Below are positions 18,293 to 27,779 of a DNA stretch of 64,000 nucleotides, piece after piece. The DNA is from an uncultured Bacteroidota bacterium (lineage in GTDB: Bacteria > Bacteroidota > Bacteroidia > Bacteroidales > GCA-2748055). Where the stretch lies: positions 227,591 through 291,590 of the forward strand of contig CAVQMZ010000006.1 in assembly GCA_963713725.1 (NCBI GenBank), read 5' to 3'. A program made the position numbers and the translations under genes. The stretch's first letter is position 1. Each line of letters begins with the position of its first letter. The notes beneath the pieces were generated by a model. It ran no database searches, had not been told where the DNA came from, and worked only from the letters and a program-made list of their open reading frames with translations.

Positions 18293-19936
18293 ATGGCAAA
18301 GCTTTTCCAACCCAAATTGTTTTCTCTCATTCGCTCCGGGATAGGGAAAGAACAGCTTACCAATGATATTTTCGCCGGAATCGTAGTAGGGATTGTGGCC
18401 CTTCCCCTGTCAATCGCTTTTGCAGTCGCATCAGGTGTATCGCCTGAAAGAGGATTGATCACGGCCATTGTGGCAGGTTTTGTGATCTCCCTCCTTGGCG
18501 GGAGCAGGGTTCAAATCGGAGGGCCCACAGGGGCCTTTGTCATCCTTATCTTCGGAATAGTCAACCAGTATGGCATCAACGGCCTGATTATTTCCACCAT
18601 GATGGCCGGGCTGCTCCTCATGCTTTTCGGAATCTTAAAACTGGGAACACTTCTCAAATACTTTCCCCATCCCTTGATTGTGGGATTCACCAGTGGCATA
18701 GCTCTTGTAATCTTTTCCACGCAGGTCAGGGACGCCCTGGGCTTGCCAATTGAAAAGGTTCCGACCGGTTTCCTTGAGAAATGGAAGGTCTATTTGGATC
18801 ATATTGATCAGATCAACCCTGCTGCCCTGGCCATCACCGCAGGCACCATATTGATCACGGTACTCTCAAAAAAGTTAATCCCCCGTATCCCGGGCTCAAT
18901 CATAGCCATCATCTTATTCACATTAATTGTAAAATTGTTTCACCTGCCTGTCCCCAGTATCGAGACCTTCTTCGGGACCATACCGAAAACGGTACAGTTG
19001 AGCCTCCCCGAAATCCATTTCCATGAGTTGGGTAAGTATTTTTCACCTGCTCTGGCCATTGCCCTGCTTGGTGGAATTGAATCCCTGCTTTCGGCGGTGG
19101 TGTCTGACGGTATGATCGGTGGCAAACACCGGTCGAATACGGAACTGATCGCCCAGGGAATTGCCAACCTGCTGACACCCGTTTTCGGAGGCCTGCCCGC
19201 AACAGGTGCTCTTGCCCGGACTGCCACCAATGTCAGGAACGGGGGAAGGACTCCCCTGGCAGGTATCACCCATTCCATTACCCTGTTGCTGATCATGTTG
19301 TTATTCGGTCAATGGGCCAAATGGATTCCAATGTCCTGCCTTGCAGGTGTCCTGATCGTGGTGGCATACAACATGAGCGAATGGCGTTCGTTCAGATCCA
19401 TTCTGAAAGGCAACTATTTTGATATTCTTATTTTGCTGACAACCTTTTTTCTTACCGTTCTTTACGACCTGACAATCGCCATAGAAATCGGTGTTGTGCT
19501 TTCCGCTTTGCTTTTTATGAAGAGGATGGCAGACATAAGTGATAAAAGAATCCTCAATATCCTGGATACAGATGTCATTGAAGATTATAAGACGATCCCG
19601 GATGGCATTTCCATATTCGAGATCAGCGGTCCACTGTTTTTTGCCTCGGCCCGCAGGTACTCGGAAGTAATTGAGGAGATCGGTCTAAGGAGCAGGATAC
19701 TCATCATCCGGATGAGACATGTTTCCTTCATTGACGAGACCGGTCTGAAAAACCTTCGTGATGCCATAAAAATACTCAGGGCAAAGCAAATCACTATAAT
19801 CCTTTCCGGGGTAGCCCCGGAGGTCAGGAAAAACATCAACAAATTAAACGATGCCGGGCTGAATGATGACTTCATATGCGATTCCTTTAAAGAGGCCCTT
19901 GGAAAGGCAAATGCGGAATTGGGGATGATTATTTGA
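18293..19936 (+). CDS. SulP-family anion transporter with a C-terminal STAS domain
   Basis: 547 aa, multi-TM, with AGIVVGIVALPLSIAFAVASG and GGIESLLSAVV... motifs and a STAS tail (FEISGPLFFASA...IIRMRHVSFIDETG). Confidence 0.85.
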   Translation: MAKLFQPKLFSLIRSGIGKEQLTNDIFAGIVVGIVALPLSIAFAVASGVSPERGLITAIVAGFVISLLGGSRVQIGGPTGAFVILIFGIVNQYGINGLIISTMMAGLLLMLFGILKLGTLLKYFPHPLIVGFTSGIALVIFSTQVRDALGLPIEKVPTGFLEKWKVYLDHIDQINPAALAITAGTILITVLSKKLIPRIPGSIIAIILFTLIVKLFHLPVPSIETFFGTIPKTVQLSLPEIHFHELGKYFSPALAIALLGGIESLLSAVVSDGMIGGKHRSNTELIAQGIANLLTPVFGGLPATGALARTATNVRNGGRTPLAGITHSITLLLIMLLFGQWAKWIPMSCLAGVLIVVAYNMSEWRSFRSILKGNYFDILILLTTFFLTVLYDLTIAIEIGVVLSALLFMKRMADISDKRILNILDTDVIEDYKTIPDGISIFEISGPLFFASARRYSEVIEEIGLRSRILIIRMRHVSFIDETGLKNLRDAIKILRAKQITIILSGVAPEVRKNINKLNDAGLNDDFICDSFKEALGKANAELGMII

Positions 19937-20130
19937 TATTAAAATATTTGCTTTCTAATTCATTAACTGCCAGCTATATAATCAAAATAAACGTGTCCTT
20001 TAAAAAACTAATTTCAAATTCATCAAAATAAAATATCCGCAGCGTGTTTTTGAATTCAAAATATTCTTAATATTGCGGAAAATTATACCATTATTTTAGC
20101 GACAAAACAGACAGGCATTATCGTAGATAA

Positions 20131-21399
20131 ATGAAATCGCCAAGATCGCAGTCATTGGCCTTCTCCACGCAGGAGGACGATGAAACATTTTCTCCGGCAG
20201 CTGAACCTCCATCCGGCAGAGAAATCCCCAGAAAGTCCTTAGAGAAAGATACTTTTTCATCCAGTCAAAGTAGTGACAGGACAAAGCGTTTCAGGAATAG
20301 GTATTACCATGATGTGGGCGACCAGGACTGGAACAGCTGGGCCTGGCAGCTGGGCCATAGTCTTAACTCCTGGGATCAGCTCCAGAGATTCATCAAGCTA
20401 TCTCCGGACGAACTGCATTCGGCAGAACTGAAAAAGAAGCTTCCTATCAGGATTACTCCCTATTATGCAAGCCTGATGGATCCGGAGGATTCTTTGCAAC
20501 CGATCCGCCGAACCATGGTCCCGGTTTTTAACGAGCTGATTCTTTCGCCGGAAGAAATGGCTGATCCCCTGGGAGAGGAAAACCAGAGTCCTGTACCCCA
20601 GCTGGTGCACCGTTATCCCGACAGGGTGTTGTTTCTCACCACCGGTGTTTGTGCAGCTTATTGCCGTTACTGCACCCGCTCCCATATGGTTTCAAAAAAG
20701 GACAAGGTTCATGCCCGGATTGCACAATGGGATGCTGCCCTTGACTACATCCGGATGCATCCGGAAATAAGGGACGTACTTCTTTCCGGGGGTGATCCCC
20801 TGACCCTGACCAATGCAAGGCTTGAATACCTTCTCTCGAATCTGCGCGCCATTCCGCATGTGGAGATCATCCGGATTGGCACCAAGGTTCCGGTGGTACT
20901 TCCTCAGCGCATCAGCCCTTCGCTGGTGAGAATGCTTAAGAAATATCACCCCCTCTTCATGAGCATACATTTCACTCATCCCGAGGAGATTACGCCCGAA
21001 GTACAATATGCCTGCAATATGCTTGCCGATGCGGGCATTCCGCTGGGGAGCCAGACCGTGCTGATGAAAGGGATCAACGACCAGGCGGAGATCATGAAAA
21101 ACATGTATCATCTTCTTCTAAAAATCAGGGTCAGGCCTTATTATCTCTATCAGTGCGATCCCATACCGGGATCTGCACATTTCAGAACTCCTGTAGAGAA
21201 GGGGCTTGAAATCATCAGGGGCCTGAGGGGCTTCACCTCCGGATATGCCATTCCGCACCTGGTGATTGATGCCCCGGGTGGCGGCGGGAAAATACCCATC
21301 CTGCCTGACTATATTGAGGAAAAGAATGATGAGGGATACGTTCTGAGGAATTACCAGGGAAAACGTTTCCTGTATAAAGAGCCAAGGGCTGAAAAATAA
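20131..21399 (+). CDS. kamA: lysine 2,3-aminomutase (KamA-family radical SAM/PLP enzyme)
   Basis: CAAYCRYCTRS (CxxxCxxC), GGDPL, YYLYQCDP and LVIDAPGGGGKIP (PLP Lys and both Asp implicated in binding the Lys epsilon-amino group). The true start may lie downstream of 20131. Confidence 0.85.
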   Translation: MKSPRSQSLAFSTQEDDETFSPAAEPPSGREIPRKSLEKDTFSSSQSSDRTKRFRNRYYHDVGDQDWNSWAWQLGHSLNSWDQLQRFIKLSPDELHSAELKKKLPIRITPYYASLMDPEDSLQPIRRTMVPVFNELILSPEEMADPLGEENQSPVPQLVHRYPDRVLFLTTGVCAAYCRYCTRSHMVSKKDKVHARIAQWDAALDYIRMHPEIRDVLLSGGDPLTLTNARLEYLLSNLRAIPHVEIIRIGTKVPVVLPQRISPSLVRMLKKYHPLFMSIHFTHPEEITPEVQYACNMLADAGIPLGSQTVLMKGINDQAEIMKNMYHLLLKIRVRPYYLYQCDPIPGSAHFRTPVEKGLEIIRGLRGFTSGYAIPHLVIDAPGGGGKIPILPDYIEEKNDEGYVLRNYQGKRFLYKEPRAEK

Positions 21400-21405
21400 T
21401 CAGAT

Positions 21406-23134
21406 ATGTTAATCATCAGAAGGATCTCGGACGGTTCAATGCCCGTGGATCAAATAGCAATTGAACAGGTACAGCAAATTTTGAAAACGAGGTTTCCGGA
21501 CCTGCGGAATGAGGAAATAGACCTGATTCCGGAACATTTAAAGAATCCCCTGAAATTCCGTTTTCGATCCACCCTCCTGGTGGCTGAAAACCGCAATGGA
21601 ACTGTACAGGGCTTTGCCATGGTTCTGTATGCCCCGGACCTGAACTTTTGTTTACTGGATTATGTGGCTTCAAAAAAGGGTATAGTGGTAAGCGGAATCG
21701 GCAGTTCCCTCTATGAAAGTGTAAGAGAATTTGCCCGTGAACTGAAGGCTACAGGTGTATTCTTTGAATGTCTGCCCGACGAGCCCCTTGTGTGCAAGAA
21801 CGGGTCTCTCATAGAGCAAAACAGGCAAAGGCTGAAGTTTTATGAGCGGTTTGGAGCATTTCCCATAGTTAATACCCTGTATGAGACTCCAGTAAGCCCG
21901 GAACAGGACGAATGCCCTCCCTACCTGGTGTGTGACCTGTTATTTCCAGGCTCTACACTGTCCAGAAAAAATGCGAAGAAGATTATCAGGGCTATCCTGG
22001 AAAGAAAATATGCCTATTTATGTCCGGAAGATTATGTAAGGGGAGTGGTGGATTCTGTATCGGACGACCCTGTTCAATTCAGGCCGCCAAGGTATATCAA
22101 GAATTATTCTCCTGCCCCCGCCAGCTCCAATGGCAGGAATGATAAAACCATCACCCTGATCGTCAATGATAAACACGCCATCCACCACGTTCGTGAACGT
22201 GGGTATGTGGAGTCGCCGGTACGAATTTCATCCATACTTACCGAACTTCAGAAAAGCGGCTTGTTTCGCGAAATTCCGGTCACCACGTTCTCGGAGGACC
22301 ACATCCGCGAGGTTCATGAAAGGAAATACATCAATTATTTTAAAAGGGTTTGTGAAACACTGCCGGAGGGAAAATCTATTTATCCCTATGTGTTTCCTGT
22401 AAGGAACAATAACCAGGGCCCCTGCTGATGATTCCGTTCTGGCCGGATATTATTGCATTGATACCTTCACTCCTATAAACAGAAATGCATTCCTGGCAGC
22501 AAAACGTGCGGTGGACTGCTGCCTGACAGGCGCCACCGGTCTGTTGAAGGGCAGCGGTGCCGTCTATGCCCTGGTCCGTCCCCCCGGCCACCATGCAGAA
22601 AAGAAGGTGTTCGGCGGATTCTGTTACTTCAATTCTGCCGCAATTGCCGCCAATTTCCTGAGCCGTTATGGAAAAGTAGCCATGCTGGATGTTGACTACC
22701 ATCATGGGAACGGTCAACAGGACATATTTTACGACAGAAAGGATGTATTTACAGTGAGCATCCATGGTCATCCTTCTTTCGCCTACCCCTATTTCTGCGG
22801 GTTTTCGGAGGAAAAGGGAGCAGGAGAAGGCCTCGGTTTCAATCTGAACTATCCCATGAAGGAACAGCTCACAGGGGAAGAATACTATAAGGTGCTTGGA
22901 AAGGCCCTGGCCCGGATAAAGCGGTTCCAGCCCTCCTACCTTGTACTGCTTCTCGGGCTGGATACGGCAAAGGGAGATCCTACCGGAACCTGGAGTCTCT
23001 CGTCAAAAGACTTTTACAGGAACGGAAATCTAATTGGAGGACTTAATATCCCAACCCTGATCGTACAGGAAGGCGGATACAGGAACCGGGTGCTCGGAAC
23101 CAATGCCACGCCACTTCTTCCAGGGCTTTTATGA
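21406..23134 (+). CDS. GNAT-like domain fused to a histone-deacetylase-family amidohydrolase; one frameshift near 22412-22428
   Basis: The N-terminal 230 or so aa include LLDYVASKKGIVVSGIGSSLYE (acetyl-CoA loop-like). The HDAC part has RPPGHHA, DVDYHHGNG, GLDTAKGDP and QEGGY. ORFs 21406-22428 and 22511-23134 join via frame +1 (TRAPADDSVLAGYYCIDTFTPI). Confidence 0.75.
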
Positions 23135-23164
23135 TGCGATTAATTATAAAAAGAACTGACTTGC

Positions 23165-24172
23165 ATGTTAATAGGACTCACATACGACCTTCGGGATGAA
23201 TACCTGCAAATGGGATTCAGCGAAGATGAAACCGCAGAATTTGACCGGGAGGACACCATCTCTTCCATCGAGAATACCCTCGCAGAGCTGGGGTATAAAA
23301 CTCAGCGTATCGGGCACATTAAGAATCTTGTCAGCCGCCTGAACCAGGGAGACCGGTGGGACCTTGTCTTCAACATTGCAGAAGGAATGTATGGAGCAGG
23401 AAGAGAGGCCCAGGTGCCTGCCCTGCTGGATGCTTACAGGATACCCTACGTGTTTTCCGGTCCGCTGATACTGGCACTGACCCTGGACAAAGCTCTGACT
23501 AAAATTATCGTGAGGGATGCAGGAGTGGCTACACCCGACCATGCAGTTGTTTATGACAGGGCTGACATTCAGAAGGTAAAGCTTCCTTATCCACTGTTCG
23601 TAAAACCCCTTGCCGAAGGCACGGGCAAAGGCATAGATCCTGAGTCGGTGATTTCTGGCCAGGCGCAACTGGAAAAGAAATGTGCTGAACTTTTAGACCG
23701 TTACCAGCAACCGGTACTCGTGGAAACATACCTGAGCGGACGGGAATTTACCGCTGGAATAGTGGGGACGGGTGAGGATGCAAGGTGCATCGGGGTGATT
23801 GAAATCATTCTGAAAGACAATGCCGAAAAAGGTGTTTACTCCTATGTCAACAAGGAAGAGTGTGAGGAACGGATCATTTACAGCCTGACCGACCAGGATG
23901 CCGTGGATGCATGTTCAGCACTTGCCTTAAAGGCCTGGAAGTGCCTGCGTGCAGAAGATGGGGGAAGGGTGGATATTCGTTTCGACAAAATGGGTAATCC
24001 TCACTTCCTCGAAATCAACCCGCTGGCAGGCATGCACCCCGAACACTCGGATCTGCCCATCCTGGCCGGACTATACGGAATTCCATATTGTGAACTGATG
24101 AGGATGATTATGGATTCGGCAGTCAAAAAAACCAAAAATGACATGTATGAGAGATCTGCTCATTTTAACTAA
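23165..24172 (+). CDS. ATP-grasp ligase, D-alanine--D-alanine-ligase-like (paralog 1)
   Basis: 335 aa: DKALTKIIVRDAGVATP...YPLFVKPLAEGTGKGI...VLVETYLSGREFT...GRVDIRFD..G.PHFLEINPLAG. Confidence 0.75.
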   Translation: MLIGLTYDLRDEYLQMGFSEDETAEFDREDTISSIENTLAELGYKTQRIGHIKNLVSRLNQGDRWDLVFNIAEGMYGAGREAQVPALLDAYRIPYVFSGPLILALTLDKALTKIIVRDAGVATPDHAVVYDRADIQKVKLPYPLFVKPLAEGTGKGIDPESVISGQAQLEKKCAELLDRYQQPVLVETYLSGREFTAGIVGTGEDARCIGVIEIILKDNAEKGVYSYVNKEECEERIIYSLTDQDAVDACSALALKAWKCLRAEDGGRVDIRFDKMGNPHFLEINPLAGMHPEHSDLPILAGLYGIPYCELMRMIMDSAVKKTKNDMYERSAHFN

Positions 24173-25112
24173 TTCAATATCTGATCAGGCCTTGGAGGAT
24201 GAACTGGATGTTCTGGTGCAGGCCGAAGCTGTTGAACGGGCCGCAAAGGAGTTGGGACTCAGGCCAAGACGGGCATCATTTGGCCTGAATCTTGAACCAG
24301 TGGCTCAAATCCTTGAGTGTCATCGACCCGATTTGGTTTTCAACCTGGTTGAAACAGTGGGTGAAAAAGGAGCCCTGATCCATCTCTGTCCATCCCTGCT
24401 GGATGCGTATGGAATCCCCTTTACAGGTTCCGGTACCTATTCCCTGGTTACTACCACCGACAAAATCAGGACTAAAAAAATCCTGAAGGATCATGGAATT
24501 CGCACTCCCGAGTGGATTCAGCCGGGCCAGAAACGAATGCCGGCAAGGAACAAAAAATACATCCTGAAACCTATCTGGGAGGATGGCTCTGCCGGGATTA
24601 CTGATGAATCCATTATTGATGGGAAAACCATGGACCTCAACCGCCTTTCGAGGGATGGACTCCTGAAAGATGCCTTCCTGGAAGAGTATATTGATGGACG
24701 GGAATTTAATCTCTCTATGCTTTCAGACAGTCAGGGGCACGCAGTCATGCCGGTTGCAGAAATGTTGTACATGGATTACCCGGCAGCGAAGCCAAAAATT
24801 CTGAATTATGCTTCCAAGTGGGACGAGTCATCATTTGAGTATCATAATACCATCCGTTCATTCGATCTTTCCCCGGCGGACGAGACGCTTATTGAAAAGA
24901 TGTCAGAAATCAGTATGCAGTGCTGGAAAATCTTCGATATGAACGGCTACATCAGGGTGGATTTCAGGGTCGATGATCAAAACCGGCCCTGGGTTCTTGA
25001 GGTGAATGCAAATCCGTGCCTGTCACCCGACGCAGGATTTGTGGCTGCCTGCCATCGGGGTGGAATTAATTACAAAGACATGGTTAACAGGATTATATCT
25101 GCTGCCAGATGA
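24138..25112 (+). CDS. ATP-grasp ligase, Ddl-like (paralog 2)
   Basis: 324 aa: DKIRTKKILKDHGIRTP...YILKPIWEDGSAGI...EEYIDGREFN...GYIRVDFRVDDQNRPWVLEVNANP. It overlaps the upstream gene. The alternative start is ATG 24147. Confidence 0.75.
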   Translation: MTCMRDLLILTNSISDQALEDELDVLVQAEAVERAAKELGLRPRRASFGLNLEPVAQILECHRPDLVFNLVETVGEKGALIHLCPSLLDAYGIPFTGSGTYSLVTTTDKIRTKKILKDHGIRTPEWIQPGQKRMPARNKKYILKPIWEDGSAGITDESIIDGKTMDLNRLSRDGLLKDAFLEEYIDGREFNLSMLSDSQGHAVMPVAEMLYMDYPAAKPKILNYASKWDESSFEYHNTIRSFDLSPADETLIEKMSEISMQCWKIFDMNGYIRVDFRVDDQNRPWVLEVNANPCLSPDAGFVAACHRGGINYKDMVNRIISAAR

Positions 25113-25621
25113 AGAAACCAGATCACATCCTTCTGCGCGGGGAAGTATACCCCGGAGACCAGGATCGCGTAAAAGCTGTCGTAACTTCAACCGGGTTTTT
25201 CAGGGAGGATGAAGTCCTTGTAGCAGCCGAACTTGTGGAGGAACGCCTTGAAAAAGGGGCCGCCAGCGGATATGAATTTCTATTCGCGGAAAGGGATGGT
25301 GAGATCCTTGCTTACAGTTGTTTTGGACTGATCCCATGCACCCTGCATAGCTACGATCTCTACTGGATTGCTACCCACAGGGATTACATGAACCGGGGCA
25401 TCGGAAAGTACCTGCTGCAGGAAAGCGAGAAAGCAATCTTTGCCCTGGGCGGCCAGGGAATTTATGTGGAAACCTCTTCACAGGATCAGTATGCGCCAAC
25501 CAGGGCCTTCTATGAAAAGAACAAGTATTTGCTTCAGGCCAGGTTTGAAAATTTTTATGCCCCGGGCGACGATAAGTTGGTTTACGTGAAAATCTTTCAC
25601 GGCCAGGAACAAAATATATAA
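25109..25621 (+). CDS. GNAT-family N-acetyltransferase
   Basis: 170 aa with HRDYMNRGIGKYLL (R/Q-x-x-G-x-G/A) and an ATGA start/stop overlap with the upstream gene. Confidence 0.8.
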   Translation: MKKPDHILLRGEVYPGDQDRVKAVVTSTGFFREDEVLVAAELVEERLEKGAASGYEFLFAERDGEILAYSCFGLIPCTLHSYDLYWIATHRDYMNRGIGKYLLQESEKAIFALGGQGIYVETSSQDQYAPTRAFYEKNKYLLQARFENFYAPGDDKLVYVKIFHGQEQNI

Positions 25622-25626
25622 GGGAA

Positions 25627-25645
25627 ACAGGGATCCTGTATTTTT
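25627..25645 (+). terminator. possible weak terminator closing the kamA operon
   Basis: ACAGG-gat-CCTGT hairpin followed by ATTTTT, 6 nt after the GNAT stop. Confidence 0.35.
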
Positions 25646-25649
25646 AAGG

Positions 25650-26190
25650 CTATTCCGGTGCATAGAGCTGCCATTCCGCCATGCCTGGAGGACCCGCTTC
25701 CCGTTCCACATGCAACCTGACCCGGCTGGTCTGGACGGGATTGAATCTTCTGACCAGGCCATGCCCCCTGGTTTCGGCTGAGAAAAGCTCCAGCCAGGCC
25801 CCCATAGCCTGCAATCTCTCCACACGGGGCCCGGGAAACTAACCTTCGGCAGTTGGGCCCATATTCAATAAAAAGTTACCCCCTTTTGATTGGTGATGAT
25901 ATTGGGTCTGATCTCGGGCGCTTCCACAAAGGGCCGGGTCCGCTCCTCATTCATCCAGGTGGGCGTATCCCACCAGAGGATATCCAGGGGATAGCGTGGA
26001 TGCCAAAAGCACCTCCGGCACTAAGATTCAGCTAAGTGTGGAGGGAAAAAAGGCAGAGGAAGTATGACGAACAAACGCTTCTGGAATTTGCTGGGGGGGC
26101 CTGGTGCGTCTGCCCCTTTCACCAGGTTATCATACAGTCTCATGGAATGCCAGTGGATGTAAACCCGGAATTTTTCTTATATCATATTCA
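25650..26190 (-). pseudogene. degenerate glycoside hydrolase remnant (GH29 alpha-L-fucosidase-like)
   Basis: Minus-strand pieces in shifting frames read VYIHWHSM.., LDILWWDTPTWMNE...RPNIITNQ and LLNMGPTAEG[TAG 25839-25841]FPGPRVERLQAMGAWLE..., with a tail FNPVQTSRVRLHVE...AEWQLYAPE. The total is far shorter than an intact enzyme. The family call is from memory of GH29 motifs. Confidence 0.45.
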
Positions 26191-26419
26191 AAGTAATCTG
26201 ACACTAAAAAGCCAAGAATATCAAAGACCTTTAAAAGTTCATATCCGGAGCACTCATTTATTGTGATAACTCCAGACAATCTCTTTCAGCTATTCAATAT
26301 GCAAACCTGAATACAACGCCCGGTCCTGTTTAAAATACTTCATCCGGGATTCTCAAATTATCATTATATTAGCAGCACTTAACGTACATTATACATTAAT
26401 CTAAATCCCGGATCAAGAC

Positions 26420-27775
26420 ATGAAAAGAAGAGATTTTTTTACCAGTTCAGCCATTGTCGGCGCAGCATTACCCCTGGGAGTGGCCCCTCTGATGAGCTCA
26501 TGCAGTGGAAATGAAAATAAAAGTAGAAGTAAGGCCAGCTTTACCCCTGAGCAACTGGGTATGCCTTCTTTTGCAAAACAGGCGCCCGACGGAAAACCCT
26601 TAAAAGCTGCACTGATTGGATGTGGCAGCCGGGGAACCGGTGCTGCAGTTCAGTTCCTGAATGCAGGGAATGACCTCTCCATTGTTGCCCTGGCTGACGT
26701 GTTTGAAGACAGGCAGCAACAATGCCGGAGATCCTGATGGAGAAGAAGAACAACAAGGTGGAAGACAACATGTGTTTTCTTGGATTTGATGCTTATAAGA
26801 AAGTGCTGGATCTGGATATTGACCTGGTCCTGATCGCCACACCCACTCACTTTCACCCGGATCAGTTCAAGGCTGCTGTGGCAGCCGGAAAGCATGTCTT
26901 CATGGAGAAGCCTGCAGGTGTGGATCCGGTGGGTATCCGGACGGTACTTGTGGCTGCCAAACAGGCAGAAGCCAAGGGACTGACCGTGGTAACCGGAAAC
27001 CAGCGCCGTAACCAGCGCGATTACTGGGAAGCATACATGCAGATCAAAAACGGGGCCATCGGAGATGTGCTTTCGGCCACCGCGCATTGGAACCAGGGAG
27101 CATGGTGGAACAAGCTCAAGCGCCCTGAATGGTCTGATATGGAATACAATATTCGTAACTGGTTTAATATAAAATGGTTAAGTGGCGATCACCTTCTCGA
27201 CCAGGGGGTGCATAACATCGATGTGGCCACATGGTTTACCGGCTGGGTTCCGGAAAAGGCAGTTGGCTATGGGGGAAGGGCCAGGCGAATGACCGGTGAT
27301 ATATTCGACTTTTTCAGCGTGGATTACCGCTATGCCAATAACAAACGGATGATGGCCACGGCCCGGCAGATTGATGGCTGCGACACGAATGTATCCGAAT
27401 CGGTCATGGGAACCGAAGGTGTACTTTATACAGGGGGGCAAGAACATGCGGATCGAGAATATGAAGGTGAGGTCATATGGCAATATGATTATGAAGACAA
27501 TCCCGGTGGTCGGGGGCCATGATCAGGAGCATGTTCATCTCGTGGAATCCATTCGTCTGAACCAGAAGGTCAACCAGGCTGAAGATATCGCCATCTCCAC
27601 ACTGGTTTCAATCATGGGCCGGGAGGCTGCCTATACCGGTAAGGAGATTACCTGGGAGGAAATCATGGCTTCCGACCTGTATTACGGTCCCACCGAATAT
27701 GCCATGGGACCCCTGCCCGACTACAAGGAGGGTGTTGCCCCGGTTCCCGGCCGTGATCCAAAAGCTCCTCTATAG
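26420..27775 (+). pseudogene. TAT-signal Gfo/Idh/MocA-family oxidoreductase, at least two frameshifts
   Basis: MKRRDFFTSSAIVGAAL (twin-Arg) ...KAALIGCGSRGTGAA (Rossmann). It continues through ORFs 26722-27522 and 27371-27775 in other frames. Confidence 0.7.
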
Positions 27776-27779
27776 AACT

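Noticed and set aside
19937-20130. The 194-nt AT-rich leader upstream of kamA as a lysine (L-box) riboswitch.
   Set aside because: The sequence is very AT-rich with only short imperfect inverted repeats (such as AATATT-ctt-AATATT). I could not find the multi-helix junction pattern of L-box RNAs.
20131-21399. kamA as part of lysine fermentation or as EF-P beta-lysylation enzyme EpmB.
   Set aside because: There are no kamD/kamE, kdd, kce or kal genes, and no epmA or efp, in the operon or the window. The gene is instead translationally coupled to ATP-grasp, GNAT and HDAC genes.
23165-25112. The two Ddl-like genes as the housekeeping D-Ala-D-Ala ligase for peptidoglycan.
   Set aside because: They are two divergent paralogs inside the kamA operon, not in a mur/fts context. 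This is an inference only, and a phylogeny is needed to confirm it.
26036-26266. Plus-strand ORFs 25853-26035 and 26036-26266 as small genes in the 25.6-26.4 kb gap.
   Set aside because: Their translations have no motifs. The opposite strand carries recognisable though broken glycosidase-like segments, so these are more likely chance ORFs over a pseudogene.
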